A stretch of 29,067 nt of DNA, from assembly GCA_044356455.1 (NCBI GenBank), contig JBIKWF010000049.1, positions 1-29,067 on the forward strand, in the 5' to 3' direction. Below are positions 8,121 to 16,896 of this stretch, in pieces. Numbering within the stretch: position 1 is the stretch's first letter; the number at the start of each line of letters is the position of its first letter. Below the pieces are notes generated by a model. That model did no database searches, was not told the DNA's origin, and saw only the letters and a program-made list of their open reading frames with translations. This stretch comes from Bdellovibrionota bacterium. GTDB lineage: Bacteria > Bdellovibrionota_C > UBA2361 > JBGSMV01. Position numbers and translations under genes: made by a program.

Positions 8121-8731
8121 TTGGTCACATCGGGCGTTTGAGCTAGGTCAGTCACGCGCACCATGACGCGTTTTACTGAGCTGCCCTCGTATTCGTAGGT
8201 AGTATCGCCAAGCCTAAGATCGGTGGTGTCAAAACTTATCTGTCCAATCGGGTCGCTCGTTACCACGTCCGAGTCGAAAAACAGAATATCGAGCGAGTCG
8301 CCCTTACTTATCGTAATGCGCGCAGCTTGAACTAAGGTATCAAGTGAGGTCGTGCCTCCTTGCAGCGCGAGGCCTTTCAGATCCAGCCCGAGGGTGGACC
8401 ACTTCGCAAGCAAAGAATCTTCCCGCACGGGGCTTTTAAAGATACGCGTCCCGCGCCATTCAACCTCGTAAAAGGGATCGGGCGCGCTTCCTCCCAAGCG
8501 ATCCCAAGATTCTCCCTCAGGCGTGCGTTCCGCCACTTCGAGTACGGCTACTGAGACATAGTAGTCTTTGCCCAGGCTCACTCTCGGCGCTGACGCCTTT
8601 ACGGACCCAGCAGATTCTGGTGACGGGTTTGTCAAAAACACGTAGAGGCCTGCTGACGCACACACCAAGGCGATCGGGATAAGGGCCCCGATCACATGGC
8701 GCTTGCGAGAGGAGGGAGCAGGCTCAGTCAC
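8117..8731 (-). CDS. Membrane-anchored C2-like domain protein
   Basis: One N-terminal TM; WDRLGGSAPDPFYEV and ILFFDSDVVTSDPIG resemble C2 Ca2+-binding Asp loops; start/stop overlaps on both sides. Confidence 0.65.
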   Translation of the reverse strand: MTEPAPSSRKRHVIGALIPIALVCASAGLYVFLTNPSPESAGSVKASAPRVSLGKDYYVSVAVLEVAERTPEGESWDRLGGSAPDPFYEVEWRGTRIFKSPVREDSLLAKWSTLGLDLKGLALQGGTTSLDTLVQAARITISKGDSLDILFFDSDVVTSDPIGQISFDTTDLRLGDTTYEYEGSSVKRVMVRVTDLAQTPDVTK

Positions 8732-10467
8732 GTTGCTGCTGCGGAAATTGGTGCTTCAGTCTGTTTTTCACCTTCGAGAGCTGCTTCAATTTCGGGGGCC
8801 CAAAGCTGCGCCTCAGTAACCGCCGTCTCAAATGCGGGGAGAGCCCAGTTGTCCTGCTCGACAAAAAATACCTTCTTTTTAAAGGGGCTGCGCAGAATAT
8901 CGACAGTTCCTTCGGCAATCAGTCCTGGAGCTGCGAGAGGAAGCGGATGTCCCCAACGTGCAAGGCGCAGATCGACCACATCTTCTTTTCGAATCTTAAG
9001 CAGCGGAAGAATCGCTTCTTCAATCTGCTTTTTAAACTCGGCTTGGAACTTCCCGTAGGAACTTGTCGCAAGGATCTCAGCGCGAGCCGAGGCGTACGGC
9101 ATACCGCGATAGAGGGTTAGCACAGTGCTTCCATTAGAAGCCTTGGCATAATTGGCATAAATCACATCGGTGACTTTTTGCTTCTCAGCCGAAGCCTGTA
9201 TGTTGGATGTGTCGACTTTTCCATCCCCCAACATATAGAGGTCGTAGAATGGCGCAGTGCCTCCGCCATTGATGCAGACATTTGCAACGAGGTAGCTGTG
9301 GTACTTGAGCTTCCTTATCGCTTCAAGCCTCTCTGGCTCAATGTCAGCGAGGGTCTTTCCGACGATAAATTTGGGGCATGCCATGACGCACGCTTTTGCG
9401 TGCAAGGCGCGCGGCGTTCCGCCGGCGTCTTGATAGGAGACAATGACGCCGTCTTCAACAACCTTTACATCATACACGAGCGAGTCAGTTCTCAGATTCT
9501 TTTTGGGAAGCTCTGCCGAGAGCCGCTCAAGAACTCGCTCTGCAACGGCGGCATTGCCACCCGGTAGAATGACGATATCGCTGAACTCTGAGGCATAAAA
9601 ATTTAGGCCAGCTGCAGCACTGACTTCAGTGGAGGAGGCTCCTAAAGACGACCAGCAGTACTGCTCTATGGCAGCCTCTATGGTTGGAATAAGGGGCGCG
9701 CCCGCAATGCGCTCGAGGTGCGCCTTGAAAGTTTCCTTATCGAGTTCCTTTATATAGTCGGCGATTTCGGGGTCGGTGATGGGAATATCGGGATAAATGA
9801 TTTCCTCGCCCTCGTTGACCTTCTCAAAATACTCTCTGAGTTTGTCGAACTGAGCCTTGGCGGCAGCGTCTTTCCCTGCAGCTTCTCCGCTCCAAAATTC
9901 CTTAAAAATTTTGCCTGAAAGAGCAACCGGATCTTCTTCGCTCTTTACCTTCCACATTTTGTCGAGGCCGAGCTCTTTAGAGATGGTGGCAATATCTGAG
10001 TCGTCTTCTGGCTTAATAAAATAGGCGGCCCCTATCGAGTAGTCGACGCCGCGCCAACTTTGGCCCTTAGAATTGCCCCCAAAGCGTGGGGCTTGTTCGA
10101 GGATAACAGGTTTGTGTTTCCTCAAGAGGTAGGCAGAAAAAAGTCCTGAGATTCCGCCACCAATCACCACCAGGGGCACACGCTCAGTGGGCTTGGGGGC
10201 CCGGTTTCCTAAAGAGGAAAGGAAGGTAGCTTTATCCCAGAGAACTTTGTGCGCTGTTTCCGGATAGTCAGAGAACCAAATTTTTGGGGAGATATCCTCC
10301 ATTCCGCGATTAATCGGAGAGATACTCGCGATGTCGCTAGAAGAAGCGCCTTGGGCCCATGCGAAGGACTCAAATGCAGGCGTCTCAAACTTTGGGGAGA
10401 GATAGAGAGCGAGCCCAGAGCCGCCCATTATCTTGATGGCCTGACGGCGGTTAAGGAGCTGTTTCAT
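8728..10467 (-). CDS. Tat-exported FAD-dependent oxidoreductase (amine-oxidase-like)
   Basis: NRRQAIK Tat motif; VVIGGGISGL..AY.L Rossmann motif, LEQAPRFGGN, GAAYF, LARWGHP. Confidence 0.88.
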   Translation of the reverse strand: MKQLLNRRQAIKIMGGSGLALYLSPKFETPAFESFAWAQGASSSDIASISPINRGMEDISPKIWFSDYPETAHKVLWDKATFLSSLGNRAPKPTERVPLVVIGGGISGLFSAYLLRKHKPVILEQAPRFGGNSKGQSWRGVDYSIGAAYFIKPEDDSDIATISKELGLDKMWKVKSEEDPVALSGKIFKEFWSGEAAGKDAAAKAQFDKLREYFEKVNEGEEIIYPDIPITDPEIADYIKELDKETFKAHLERIAGAPLIPTIEAAIEQYCWSSLGASSTEVSAAAGLNFYASEFSDIVILPGGNAAVAERVLERLSAELPKKNLRTDSLVYDVKVVEDGVIVSYQDAGGTPRALHAKACVMACPKFIVGKTLADIEPERLEAIRKLKYHSYLVANVCINGGGTAPFYDLYMLGDGKVDTSNIQASAEKQKVTDVIYANYAKASNGSTVLTLYRGMPYASARAEILATSSYGKFQAEFKKQIEEAILPLLKIRKEDVVDLRLARWGHPLPLAAPGLIAEGTVDILRSPFKKKVFFVEQDNWALPAFETAVTEAQLWAPEIEAALEGEKQTEAPISAAAT

Positions 10468-10469
10468 AG

Positions 10470-11225
10470 TTAGACCTCTTTATCAACGATCACACGGGTT
10501 TCAGAGAGTAGATGCTCAATAGCTTTCATCCTAAGGGAAAGGAAAGGGACGTGGGGGATAGTCGCCAAGATTTGATTGTCCTTGCGGATAAGTAGGCTCC
10601 CGGCCCCAAGGCCAAGCATAAACTCGAATACGTCCGGAATTTCCTTGTATACGGTGCAACCTATCCGGGCAATCGACATGTCCTTACCAATGGGCTGGGT
10701 GTAGTGCACAAACTCATTTTGTTCGAGACGCCAGTAAGAAAGGGGAGGGGTGAGAAGTCCCCAGACAAAGAGGAAGGTGAAAATTGACCCAAGCACTACA
10801 TAAGCGTCCGTGCTCATGGAGGGCTGAAACGAGAATATCCAATCAACGATGCTTTTGAGGAACGTAAAGCCGTAAAGGCTAATAATCCAGGAGATAAGGA
10901 AGAGCGCAAAAAGTGTCAGTACTAATATCAGAAACTTTTTCTGGTCAAAGTCCTGCACAAGGACCAGCAGGTTCATAAAAAGCACAAAGACTGCAAGCCA
11001 TCCTAGACCTCCCGCGTCTAGTCCCACGACGCCCTGCAGGAAGGCGCAAAGAAACATAGTTACGAGGCTTGGCCAGAAGTAGATAATCTCGGGGAACGAA
11101 GCGACTAATATGGCATCGCGGTGCCCTGCGATTTCTCCTGGGTAGTAGAGATCCCAAATCGAGGGCTCTTTTCGCTTTGAACTGTTCGAGGACGACGGAG
11201 ACGGTTCCCCACTAATCTGGCTCAT
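10470..11225 (-). CDS. Multi-pass membrane protein with soluble C-terminal beta domain (possibly bacterial PH-like)
   Basis: About four hydrophobic segments, then YWRLEQNEF...EIPDVFEFMLGLGAGSLLI. Start moved to ATG 11225, 8 nt after GGAGG. Confidence 0.8.
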   Translation of the reverse strand: MSQISGEPSPSSSNSSKRKEPSIWDLYYPGEIAGHRDAILVASFPEIIYFWPSLVTMFLCAFLQGVVGLDAGGLGWLAVFVLFMNLLVLVQDFDQKKFLILVLTLFALFLISWIISLYGFTFLKSIVDWIFSFQPSMSTDAYVVLGSIFTFLFVWGLLTPPLSYWRLEQNEFVHYTQPIGKDMSIARIGCTVYKEIPDVFEFMLGLGAGSLLIRKDNQILATIPHVPFLSLRMKAIEHLLSETRVIVDKEV

Positions 11226-11422
11226 GGCGGCATCCTCCAAAATCTGCCCGATTGTCCCTGGTCTCCCCTAGGGTCGCAAGCATAATTTCCCTTTCAGCAG
11301 GGACTACTTTGCAGTATTAACGACCCCAGCGACCTCACAATCCAAGCCCCGTTGCCGTCTTTCGTTGATTTCTAGAGCGAATGGGGGTGCGCCTTTCTTG
11401 GTCAGTTTATTTTGGTGAAGCT

Positions 11423-12559
11423 ATGAAAATGCGACATGTTCTTTTAGCAACTCTTCTTTCCTTCAACGTAGGATCAGTGGTGCTTGCGCAAGACGCAGAG
11501 ACATACACGGAAGATGGCTTCATCAGCGGGAAAATGGATATTAACTTTGGAACGCGTACCAAGCTTGATACCTCAGAAGATGCGGCGCCTGGGACGCCAG
11601 CTGAGGGAGCGAGGGACACCTACAAGCTCGCACTCAACGTTGCCAAGACGAATGAATATACAGGTACCATCACGCGCTACCCCGAGCGTATCGGCAAGGT
11701 GCTCGGCAGCGTCGAGCAGATGGCCCAGATGATCTTTGATGTAAATATCGCGGTAAGGAACCCCAAGAACCTTGAGCAGAAGAAAAACGTCGGCAAATGG
11801 GTCGGTTCGGTAACCGTTGATAAGAACGGGGCCTATGATTTTGGAACCGCGGCAAGCGGCGCAAGTCCTTTGCGTATGTCGATAGATGCCGTTGGTAAGG
11901 CTTCTGCGTTTGTTGGGCCTTTCACCGGCAAAGTGTACGGGAAGGGTTCAGGTCAGAAGGGTTTGCTAGCCTCGAAAGTCCAAGAATACAGCCGTATGGT
12001 AAACGGCAAGAAGGTTGTGATTAAGGTAAAGCAATCTGACCCTCTACGCTTTGATGTGACGCTCGGCGAAGGCCCGGCCCAGGTTTATCCTCGTACCAAG
12101 GTTAACGGAAATCTTGATTATGATTATGATACCGGTAACTGGCTCACTAACGGCATCCGCTTTAAGTACCAGCAGGGCGGAAAGGATGTCGAGGACGTGG
12201 TCACGGGTTCCATCAAATGGGTGGAGGATGCTAACCGCTCTGAAAATGGAAAGGGTCAGTACGAGTTTAATCTTAGATTTAACGAAGCGGTGGTGAAGGG
12301 AGCTCCGGATGAAGGTGCGGCGTTCTCTGGGGACGGCAGCGAGGATGCGTTCTTCGAAGTGGACGATACTGTTCCTGCAATGACGGGAACGGTGGCGTAT
12401 GTCGATACTTTTGCGCCTGCCATGAGCGAGGATGAAGAACCCGCGGTTACCGCGAGTGCGGTTACTTACAATATTAATGTAAACCGACTCTCTAAGGTGC
12501 AGGCCGTGAACTTGTTCAAGCTGCTCATGGTCATCACTGGACCGATGAATGATGAGTAG
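11423..12559 (+). CDS. Secreted beta-rich hypothetical protein, GPxNDE family paralog 1
   Basis: Sec signal MKMRHVLLATLLSFNVGSVVLA (start moved to ATG 11423); aligns end to end with 12747-13868; ends GPMNDE. Confidence 0.85.
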   Translation: MKMRHVLLATLLSFNVGSVVLAQDAETYTEDGFISGKMDINFGTRTKLDTSEDAAPGTPAEGARDTYKLALNVAKTNEYTGTITRYPERIGKVLGSVEQMAQMIFDVNIAVRNPKNLEQKKNVGKWVGSVTVDKNGAYDFGTAASGASPLRMSIDAVGKASAFVGPFTGKVYGKGSGQKGLLASKVQEYSRMVNGKKVVIKVKQSDPLRFDVTLGEGPAQVYPRTKVNGNLDYDYDTGNWLTNGIRFKYQQGGKDVEDVVTGSIKWVEDANRSENGKGQYEFNLRFNEAVVKGAPDEGAAFSGDGSEDAFFEVDDTVPAMTGTVAYVDTFAPAMSEDEEPAVTASAVTYNINVNRLSKVQAVNLFKLLMVITGPMNDE

Positions 12560-12569
12560 AGTTTACTAG

Positions 12570-12700
12570 GGACCCTTTGAAAAAAGTTCGCCTTCGTGGT
12601 CACTGTGGCCATTGTGGTTTTTAGGACAACCACTAAGACCACAGAGACCACGAAGGGGGAAGAACTGGGTACCAAGCTTGCGGGTTCTTCAGGGGGGCCC
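12570..12700. mobile_element. IS5-like MITE with CTAG target duplication
   Basis: CTAG at 12566-12569 and 12701-12704; ends GGACCCTTTGAAAAA / TTCTTCAGGGGGGCCC; internal palindrome CCTTCGTGGTCACTGTGGCCATTGTGGTT...AACCACTAAGACCACAGAGACCACGAAGG. Confidence 0.7.
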
Positions 12701-12746
12701 CTAGGTAGTGATTGGTTTCAGTGCTCTCAACGTAAAGGGATTTCGA

Positions 12747-13868
12747 GTGCGGAATTTTTGGATGCAAAGTGCGCGGCTCTTAGGCGCGGGAATGGTTTTG
12801 GCAGGCGCCGTCTGTTTTAGCGCAGGTGCATATGCAGAGACCACTTCAAAATCTTCGCCTGGACCATTAGCTGCGTCATCCCCAGTGGCAGCGCTTGGCA
12901 TCCGCGGCTCGATGCATATCGATTTTGGCTCGCGGCTCCAGCCCGAGGGGACCGACACCTACGATGTTGACCTTGTGTGCGCCGAGGCGCTGCGCATTAA
13001 GGGCAAAATTGTGCGCCAGCCGCGGGAGCTGTCTGCCTTCTTAGGACGAGAGAAAAAACCTCAGGAGCTGCACTACCACCTCGTCTTTTCGGTTATCAAT
13101 CCAGCGAATCGTTCGGATGAAAAGCGCGCGGGGCTCATGTCGGGGATAGTGAAGGTTCGAAGTGATGGTACTTACGACCTTTCTGGCCTTAAGATTGAGG
13201 GAAGCCTTCCGCCTTTCGCCTATCCTCTCTCGGGGGAGTTTGGTGGTGCGATCAAGGGCAAGGCCTCTAATAAGGCGGGGCTCCTCAGTGCGGCGTATAG
13301 CCGTGTCTTCGGTGGGAAAAAGGTTACCGTTGTGCTTTCAAAGGTTGACCCTCTTTCCTTTGACCGAGTTCAACTAGCAGGAGGACCACTTAACTTTTAT
13401 CCCCAAACGAGCGTGAGCGGTTCTCTCGACTTCGACTATGAAACGGGAAACTGGCTTTCCCCTGGAATAACATTTTCTTCAGGACCTGGGTCAGGGAAGA
13501 AGGACGTGGTGACAGGAACTATCAAGTGGATTGCGGGGGAGGATCGCTCAACCACAGGAATCGGCAAATACGATTTTAATCTTCGGTATAACGAAGCGGC
13601 CCTCGCGGCTCCAGTGGATGAGAGTGCGGCCTTCTCGGCAGTCGAGAACGAGGAAGCGTTCTTTGTCGTTGACGATAGGATTCCAACATTAAAGGGATCG
13701 GTTTCCTACAAGGATGAGTTCGGAGTCTCGGAGTCAGAGGAGGAAGAGCCTTCCGTGGTATCGAGTGAAATTTCCTATGCCCTCGAGGGTAACAAGCTTT
13801 CCAAAGAGCAGCTCATTACGTTCATAAAATGGTGGCTTCTCCTTGTTGGCCCGGTAAATGATGAATAG
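12747..13868 (+). CDS. Secreted beta-rich hypothetical protein, GPxNDE family paralog 2
   Basis: Likely GTG start at 12747 after AAGGGA; signal ending SAGAYA; shares DY.TGNWL, DVVTG.IKW, Y.FNLR.NE, AFF.VDD blocks with paralog 1; ends GPVNDE. Confidence 0.85.
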   Translation: MRNFWMQSARLLGAGMVLAGAVCFSAGAYAETTSKSSPGPLAASSPVAALGIRGSMHIDFGSRLQPEGTDTYDVDLVCAEALRIKGKIVRQPRELSAFLGREKKPQELHYHLVFSVINPANRSDEKRAGLMSGIVKVRSDGTYDLSGLKIEGSLPPFAYPLSGEFGGAIKGKASNKAGLLSAAYSRVFGGKKVTVVLSKVDPLSFDRVQLAGGPLNFYPQTSVSGSLDFDYETGNWLSPGITFSSGPGSGKKDVVTGTIKWIAGEDRSTTGIGKYDFNLRYNEAALAAPVDESAAFSAVENEEAFFVVDDRIPTLKGSVSYKDEFGVSESEEEEPSVVSSEISYALEGNKLSKEQLITFIKWWLLLVGPVNDE

Positions 13869-14160
13869 GGAGCTTCCTTATTCTTAGGGAGCGGCTTAGG
13901 GCCTCGGGATATCTCTCTTTTTAGAGGGTCTCTTTTCTAGAACGCCTCTTTTCTAAGAGGACCCAAAGGGGCGGTTCCCGAGGGTTAAATTTCCACTTTC
14001 TAGGTCTTTGCGGTGCTCTTTTCCTCCTATAACGCCCTCGGACCATTTGAGATTTTAGAAATCTACGCTATTAGTATACCCTGGTGGGTGGGTCCGCGCT
14101 GATTGAAGCGCTGAAAGTGCCCCCATGGGAAATCTTACCAGAAGTTTTTGAAGCGCGAGT

Positions 14161-14613
14161 ATGAACAATTACGCTGAGCGGCTCCCCTTAGGTACGGTAG
14201 AGATTCAGAAAATTATCCCTCACAGATATCCGTTCCTTTACATCGACAAGGTTACGGAGTTTGTCGATTCTGAGCGGATCGTGGGGATTAAAAATGTTTC
14301 GGCAAATGAGCCGTACTTTCAAGGGCACTTCCCTGGGCTGCCGATTATGCCAGGAGTCGTGATTCTTGAGGCCATGGCTCAGCTTGGTGCGCTCTTTGCA
14401 AAGATGTCGTCCAAGGGGGTTGGCCCGGATAAGCTTATGGTCTTTGCAGGCGCAGAGAACGTGCGCTTTCGTAAGTCGGTCCTTCCAGGTGACTGCATGC
14501 GCATTGAAATTGCAGGGCATCGGCGCCGCGGCCCAATCTGGAAGATAGAGGCAGTGGCAACGGTTGACGGGCAGGTCGTCGGCGAGGCGAGCATTACTGC
14601 GGCAGAGATTTAA
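14161..14613 (+). CDS. fabZ: 3-hydroxyacyl-ACP dehydratase
   Basis: IPHRYPFLYID, KNVSANEPYFQGHFP..PIMPGVVILEAMAQ, FRKSVLPGD. Confidence 0.97.
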   Translation: MNNYAERLPLGTVEIQKIIPHRYPFLYIDKVTEFVDSERIVGIKNVSANEPYFQGHFPGLPIMPGVVILEAMAQLGALFAKMSSKGVGPDKLMVFAGAENVRFRKSVLPGDCMRIEIAGHRRRGPIWKIEAVATVDGQVVGEASITAAEI

Positions 14614-14826
14614 GGAATCTCTGAAAAACTCCCCCTCCGCGTACTCTGCGTCCTCCGCGTTACTTGAAAACTATTGAATAACGCAGAGCCGTCTACGCCT
14701 TACGGCTGCGCCGAGCCAGGCTTTAGTGCGGCCGCGGCGCAGCTTTGGCGGAGCCGGGGACGCGGGGTACGCGGAGGAAAAACAGCTCAGAGGAAAGTCA
14801 ATTTGGGGGTTTTTTTCAGAGGTTCC
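14614..14826. mobile_element. 213-bp IS5-like MITE with TTAA target duplication
   Basis: TTAA at 14610-14613 (includes the fabZ stop) and 14827-14830; terminal IRs GGAATCTCTGAAAAA / TTTTTCAGAGGTTCC; no transposase; nested hairpins inside. Confidence 0.82.
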
Positions 14827-14874
14827 TTAATTAGTCGCTTACATTTTTCGACATTAAAAGAGTGCTGGAGAAAT

Positions 14875-15630
14875 TTGGCTATACAACTCGCAAAAGTTTC
14901 TGCGTCAGCCCCAAAAGGCGCTGAAAAGTCAGAATTCAAAGACAAAACAAAAAAACTGATAGAGCGGCTTGGGCATCTTCAGCATCTGCTCTACGCGGCA
15001 CGTTCGCACGCGGTCCTTGTTGTTTTGCAAGGTATGGATGCGAGCGGCAAAGATGGCGCAGTTCGAAATGTTTTTTCCCGCTGCAATGTGTCTGGAACTC
15101 GGGCCGTGGCGTTTGGAAAGCCCTCCGAGGAAGAATACGCGCATGATTTCTTGTGGCGGGTCCATCAGCAAGTACCGCGCCGAGGGCAGCTCACTATTTT
15201 TAACCGTAGCCACTACGAAGACATTCTTGTGCCTTCCGTGCAGCAAGCGTTAAGTGACTCGCGGCGAAATGAGCGCATGGAATCGATTAATGCCTTTGAG
15301 CGGCTGCTGGTGAAAGAAAACAACACGCTCATTTTCAAGTTTTTCATGCACATCTCTAAGAAAGAGCAAGAAGCGCAGCTTAAAGAGCGATTAGAGGATC
15401 CTACTAAGTTTTGGAAACACAACGAGCAGGACTGGGAAGAGCGCAAACACTGGGACCGCTACCAGCGCGTGTATGAATACATTCTGAACAAGAGCGAGAT
15501 CCCCTGGCACATATGCCCCGTAGATGATCGCTGGTACCGGGATTATGTCATCGCATCGCGTATCGTTGAAGGATTGGAGTCCCTGGGGCTTTCTTTTCCC
15601 AAGCCAGCACGTGCGGCGAGTTCCAAGTAG
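14875..15630 (+). CDS. ppk2: Polyphosphate kinase 2 family protein (single domain, class III-like)
   Basis: LQGMDASGKDG Walker A, HDFLWR, IFNRSHYEDIL, KFFMHISK.EQ. Real start is probably TTG 14875 after GGAG; the longer ORF start lies inside the MITE. Confidence 0.92.
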   Translation: MAIQLAKVSASAPKGAEKSEFKDKTKKLIERLGHLQHLLYAARSHAVLVVLQGMDASGKDGAVRNVFSRCNVSGTRAVAFGKPSEEEYAHDFLWRVHQQVPRRGQLTIFNRSHYEDILVPSVQQALSDSRRNERMESINAFERLLVKENNTLIFKFFMHISKKEQEAQLKERLEDPTKFWKHNEQDWEERKHWDRYQRVYEYILNKSEIPWHICPVDDRWYRDYVIASRIVEGLESLGLSFPKPARAASSK

Positions 15631-15643
15631 GGTAAGAGATTCC

Positions 15644-16567
15644 TTAGTTGGGCGCCTTCCATGCCGTACGAAGTACGTCTGCTTGCTGCGAAAGGGCAGT
15701 TTCAATTGACGCAACCTCTCGAAGGGGAAGGGATAGATACGTGAAGGTATCATCCCCCATCCTTAATGCCAGAATTGGTAAGAAGCGGTCATCAATGCCC
15801 GCATAGGTTCCCCGGCTTTTGGTGCCAGAAAAGGTAACAACTTGGATAGGCGTGCCTTCTGCAAAATCGCTTCGAATGCGGAGGACCTCATTAGTATCGG
15901 GCGCCTGCATCTCGTTTCCTCTCCACGTTGCTGGTTTGGAGAGGTTAGTAAGCACCTCAATTGAACGAATAGTGATCGTGGTCTTCTCCGGGTCGGGCAG
16001 AGTTTGTCTACGTTCGCCATCAATAAATACAAAGCCTCCCTTCTCAGTTCTTGTGGAGGAGAGGGTTCCTTCCACCGCAACTTTTTCCCCTCCTTCAAGC
16101 TCAAAACTCACGCGGAGTCTCTTGCCCATAAGGGCGCAGAGGCAAGGCGCCAGCTCGGAAGGGAGATCGTTGACGGAGCGATCCCACACGCAAAGAAGAG
16201 GATTGTAGTCAGCCTGAACTTTGGGGTGTTTAGGAAGTCCTTCCCTGAGTACTCGCGCAATGGAAGCACCTTCATGCCGCCCTAGCAGATTTCCCTCTTC
16301 GAACGGGGGCACATCTTGGAGACGAAACTCCTGCTCGTTCACGTAATTCAGTCTTCCTGAAACGCTCATAGGGGCAGCGCGTCCGGGGACAGCAATTTGC
16401 AAAACGATGCTTTCCCGCCGAGATGTGGTGCCCAGCAGCTTAAAGAGTAAGGCGGCGCAGTCCCCACGAATGGTGAGCAGGCCTGGAACGGACTGAATGA
16501 GCTCAATTCCAGCTGCACCTTGGAATGGCGGTTGCCGGGTAGCCGTATGAAATTTGGTTTCTGTCAT
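15644..16567 (-). CDS. Hypothetical protein with three putative Sm/SH3-like beta-barrel repeats
   Basis: 307-aa ORF; three segments with a strand-Gly turn-strand-G.L/Y pattern, two ending IRSIE / VASIE. Confidence 0.65.
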   Translation of the reverse strand: MTETKFHTATRQPPFQGAAGIELIQSVPGLLTIRGDCAALLFKLLGTTSRRESIVLQIAVPGRAAPMSVSGRLNYVNEQEFRLQDVPPFEEGNLLGRHEGASIARVLREGLPKHPKVQADYNPLLCVWDRSVNDLPSELAPCLCALMGKRLRVSFELEGGEKVAVEGTLSSTRTEKGGFVFIDGERRQTLPDPEKTTITIRSIEVLTNLSKPATWRGNEMQAPDTNEVLRIRSDFAEGTPIQVVTFSGTKSRGTYAGIDDRFLPILALRMGDDTFTYLSLPLREVASIETALSQQADVLRTAWKAPN

Positions 16568-16896
16568 AGCGTTGGGCGTAATCGATTTGGTTCAGGATAA
16601 CTTATAGCCACTCACGGAGCGCATGTCTGGGCCTCAGTAGCTGGGCATGCTCGTAAAGGTATGGTTTATTATTCCAGAATTTGATTCAAGCTCGCATAGG
16701 TAGTTGAATTAAAGCTTCTTTCCTTCCGCTCATGCGCCTGTGGCAGCGCGCTGCACTTGGGCGTGCGAGAAAATCCGGCTAACTATCTGAGATTCTATGG
16801 GCTTCTAGCCGCCTCATTTTCCGCTTAAGTATTTCCAGTTCTCTGCCGACGAAATAAGCGTGTAGGTCTTTCAATCGCCGGGGAGGGCTGCGTGCA

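Noticed and set aside
12466..12820. Small ORFs 12466-12675 and 12596-12820 (TTKTTETTK, VVSVVLVVV)
   Set aside because: Low-complexity translations of the 9-bp-unit palindrome.
14674..14874. 67-aa N-terminal extension of PPK2
   Set aside because: It runs through the MITE; TTG 14875 with a GGAG RBS fits the family start better.
16610..16775. Structured RNA between the Sm-like gene and the ferredoxin homologue
   Set aside because: Two GU-rich hairpins can be drawn but they are weak and match no family I know.
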